Assembly (NCBI GenBank): GCA_002633005.1
Contig: NMRA01000115.1
Span: forward strand, 700,622 to 764,621
Origin: Phoronis australis
Lineage: Eukaryota > Animalia > Phoronida
Reading direction: 5' to 3'
Length of the DNA: 64,000 nt
Shown: one piece after another, positions 61,229-64,000 of the stretch
How the letters are laid out: every line of letters begins with the position of its first letter
Numbering within the stretch: the stretch's first letter is position 1
The notes under the pieces: model-generated
Databases searched by the model: none
What the model was told of the DNA's origin: nothing
What the model saw: only the letters and a program-made list of their open reading frames with translations
Position numbers and translations under genes: made by a program

Positions 61229-64000
61229 AGCACATGGAAGTGAAGTGTTTCTAAAGTCCCTGGGTTCAATGTTTTTGTTGACAACAGAAACAGAATTCTT
61301 TCATAGTATCGATTAGACCGAATTTGTGACGGTAAGAGGCCTAGTTTGATTTTTGTTTTTAGACAGCTAAACTGGGAAGAATGCAGTTTTAAAAATACAG
61401 GGTGCAACACAAATCAATTGCAAATGATTGGAGAATAGTTTATATAGCTTGGCACTTGTCATAAATGAACAGTGTGTAAATTTGACTTCGCAAACTTTTT
61501 TGTCATTAATTTCACATTGTTTAAAACCCACCCATTGGTGAACTTGTGGAGTATGCAGGCATGCCACTTAGGAAGAATTGGGTTAATTCAACCTTTCAGA
61601 GTTTGGGTTAACAGGGCTCGACACTTAGCATTTTTGAAATTGCCAAATACAACTTGGGGGAAATGTACAGACTGCCAATTTGAGGTCAAAAAAGAAACCT
61701 GGGATGAGCCGTCGAATCAGAAATTAAGATCTTTGGTAATGACTGCAGTCAATCAGTTGTCCATGCAAGAGCTGTAGACAGTTCCTTCCGTGTTTTTTTA
61801 ACAACTCCGGCTGCAGTCAGTTTACTTCCCGCTGTAATTTAACGACGTGCTGGGATGTGTACTTGAGACTTCATGGTTACCTTGGATCCGAGGTCAAATT
61901 CGCAACCTGCACGACTCATCGACGCCTAATCAAGTCCTGCTTACAATTTTTAAAATTCCCCCTAAAAAGTCTTATGCTGCAGAAACAAAACAGCATTTAT
62001 AATGGAAACTCTAAAAATGGGTCACTCTACTCGTGTCCACTCATTAAAAAGGGGCGCCATCTTGTGTCCTTCCACCATCACACTCCCCAATAGGTGGACG
62101 GAGAGTACTGCCCAGGAGAAGTCTTAACATAACAAAAAAACTAACAAAAACTGAAAGTGAATTCAAAACAAAACGTAATTCTACCACATTCACCTAGTCA
62201 CAACCAATGTAATCCTACCTTTTTTGGCAATGCAACTACTCTGTCGTAATACATTTCGACCTGATCACCAAAAACAAATCAATGTTGGCTTCCAGAAATT
62301 CCCAGTATTCCCCATTTGAGAGTTACTTGTGTACAATCATAGCCAATTCCTTAACAACAATCTGGCAACTGTTGCTATGGCAACTGTTACTATGGCAATT
62401 GTAGCTACTACAGTATACAATTCCAAAATCAGATAATCTGGAATGATTCTAGCGGAACTTTTAATAAATTCCAAACGACAGAGAAAAGTGATTGAATAAA
62501 AATATCACGTTTTCCACGGTAAGAAGGATCATTTTAGTTTTAATACACTCCAACGATAGAAATATCGAGAAAACTACATTGTGCACACCTTTAAGACATG
62601 TTTCATCAGTCTGAGATAGTTCATCAAAATAAGTCAAATGAGAACAAAACAAGATAATTAGCAAATTCCACAAAAGAACAAAAATACACTAAAACTCACA
62701 TAAGTTGGACATAGGACAAACAAAGTAGTTTATCCACTTAAGCCTCCAAATGAATCGCATTTTGCCATACATGGATGGATGAAATCTCTGTCTAACTGCA
62801 TCCAATTTATGCTAGTTTTCTTGTAAACATCAATTAAAGGGCCCAGATGCATTCATAAAAACCTCTAGATAGCAAATGGTGACTGATAACATGTACTTTC
62901 TATTAACTCCATATGGCAACATCCTGTACTCAAGGCCATGCATTCTTTCCATTAAAGAGGCCTGGAACGCGATAAAAAGTTCTGCTCGCCTCTTTGTCGA
63001 TATTTGTCCACAAGGCAAATCATGCCTCCTTATTTGGTATGGCAAAACATAGACAAAGCACATTTCCCTTACATGGAAATTGTGACCTTTGACCTCATGT
63101 AATTTTAAACAAATGACTGTGAGGACATGCGCACATTTATCATAAGTGGGAGGGAGATTAGAAACTCTGTGGTAACCACAGAGTTTTTTCTTCACCCATA
63201 TTTTAAAAAGCGTGAATTTTAGGATTTTTTGGAAAGTGAATTACTCTGTACCAGAGTTGTTTAAAAGATATTTTTGACAAGCTTTCGCATTCCATGCCTC
63301 CTTAAGCCAACGTTGCCATTATTACATCTGAGATTGGAATTTGTATTGCTTAACTCCTGACTAATTAGCATAAAAAAGTTACCTGTACTTTTTAAATTTG
63401 CCAGGACCAAAACTTAAGAGAATGATCTTAGAACCTCAGAGCAAAAATTCCAAACTTATAATAAACTAGACACAATAATTTTGGAGGTTAAATGCAAATA
63501 AGCCCCTTCCATAAAAGGTATATTACCACAGTATATCGAGAGTCCTGAAATTCAGCGCAACAAGTGGAAACAAATTACATAGTCATCAGGTACTAATATC
63601 ACAGCAAACCAACACTCCTCTTGACGGGGTTCTCTTGAGGTACAAGGGTGCAAAGTTCAAAGGTGAAAAACTGTAGGGAAGGTTTCATCAGGATGGGACA
63701 GAAACACAGGTTTAAAAATTTAATAATAAACTTGAGAAAAAGGAGGATTTAAAATTTAGAGGAGTCTCAAAAGTAGGGTGGTGCCTAGACAGACCACATA
63801 CTTTAAAGTGAGAGAACTAAGTGTTAAAACTTATTTATCTTTCAAAACCTTTTTGCATTAGTTTAAATCCTTCATATCCCTAAAACTGGTTTTATTCACT
63901 GGTAAATAGCCACATACAGCATATTATTTTCAAAATTAATTTCTTGATCGCGATTATCAAAATTTTCACAAGAAATACAACCTAATTCTTTTTGGAGGGG

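Noticed and set aside
62830-63195. 121-aa minus-strand ORF
   Set aside because: No recognisable motif or convincing splice sites; lies in a presumed RGS22 intron.

Overview
AT-rich, intron-rich, transposon-dense metazoan (invertebrate-like) scaffold with one 858-N gap and three single-n joins. No prokaryotic features, rRNA or CRISPR arrays are supported. Three host genes can be spliced together by hand: the 5' part of an ATAD2/ATAD2B orthologue (- strand, 350-8883, continuing off the left edge), a head-to-head TMEM244-like gene (+ strand, 9486-18533) and the 3' part of RGS22 (- strand, 51242 to at least 59323). The most notable object is an 8.8-kb TA-flanked Tc1-family element (25840-34643). 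It has ~67-bp TIRs, GCCGAC-rich subterminal arrays, an intact DD34E transposase split by two introns (the first GC-AG), and divergently oriented spliced cargo ORF(s) of unknown family. A diverged sister copy (500-4252) lies in an ATAD2 intron. The remainder is a mix of decayed elements: a Kolobok deletion derivative, MITEs, Sola-like, ISL2EU/Harbinger-like, Gypsy and BEL fragments, an alternating-orientation repeat array and minisatellites. Two tandem duplications sit at single-n joins and are probably uncollapsed haplotypes. All family assignments come from motif recognition, not database searches.
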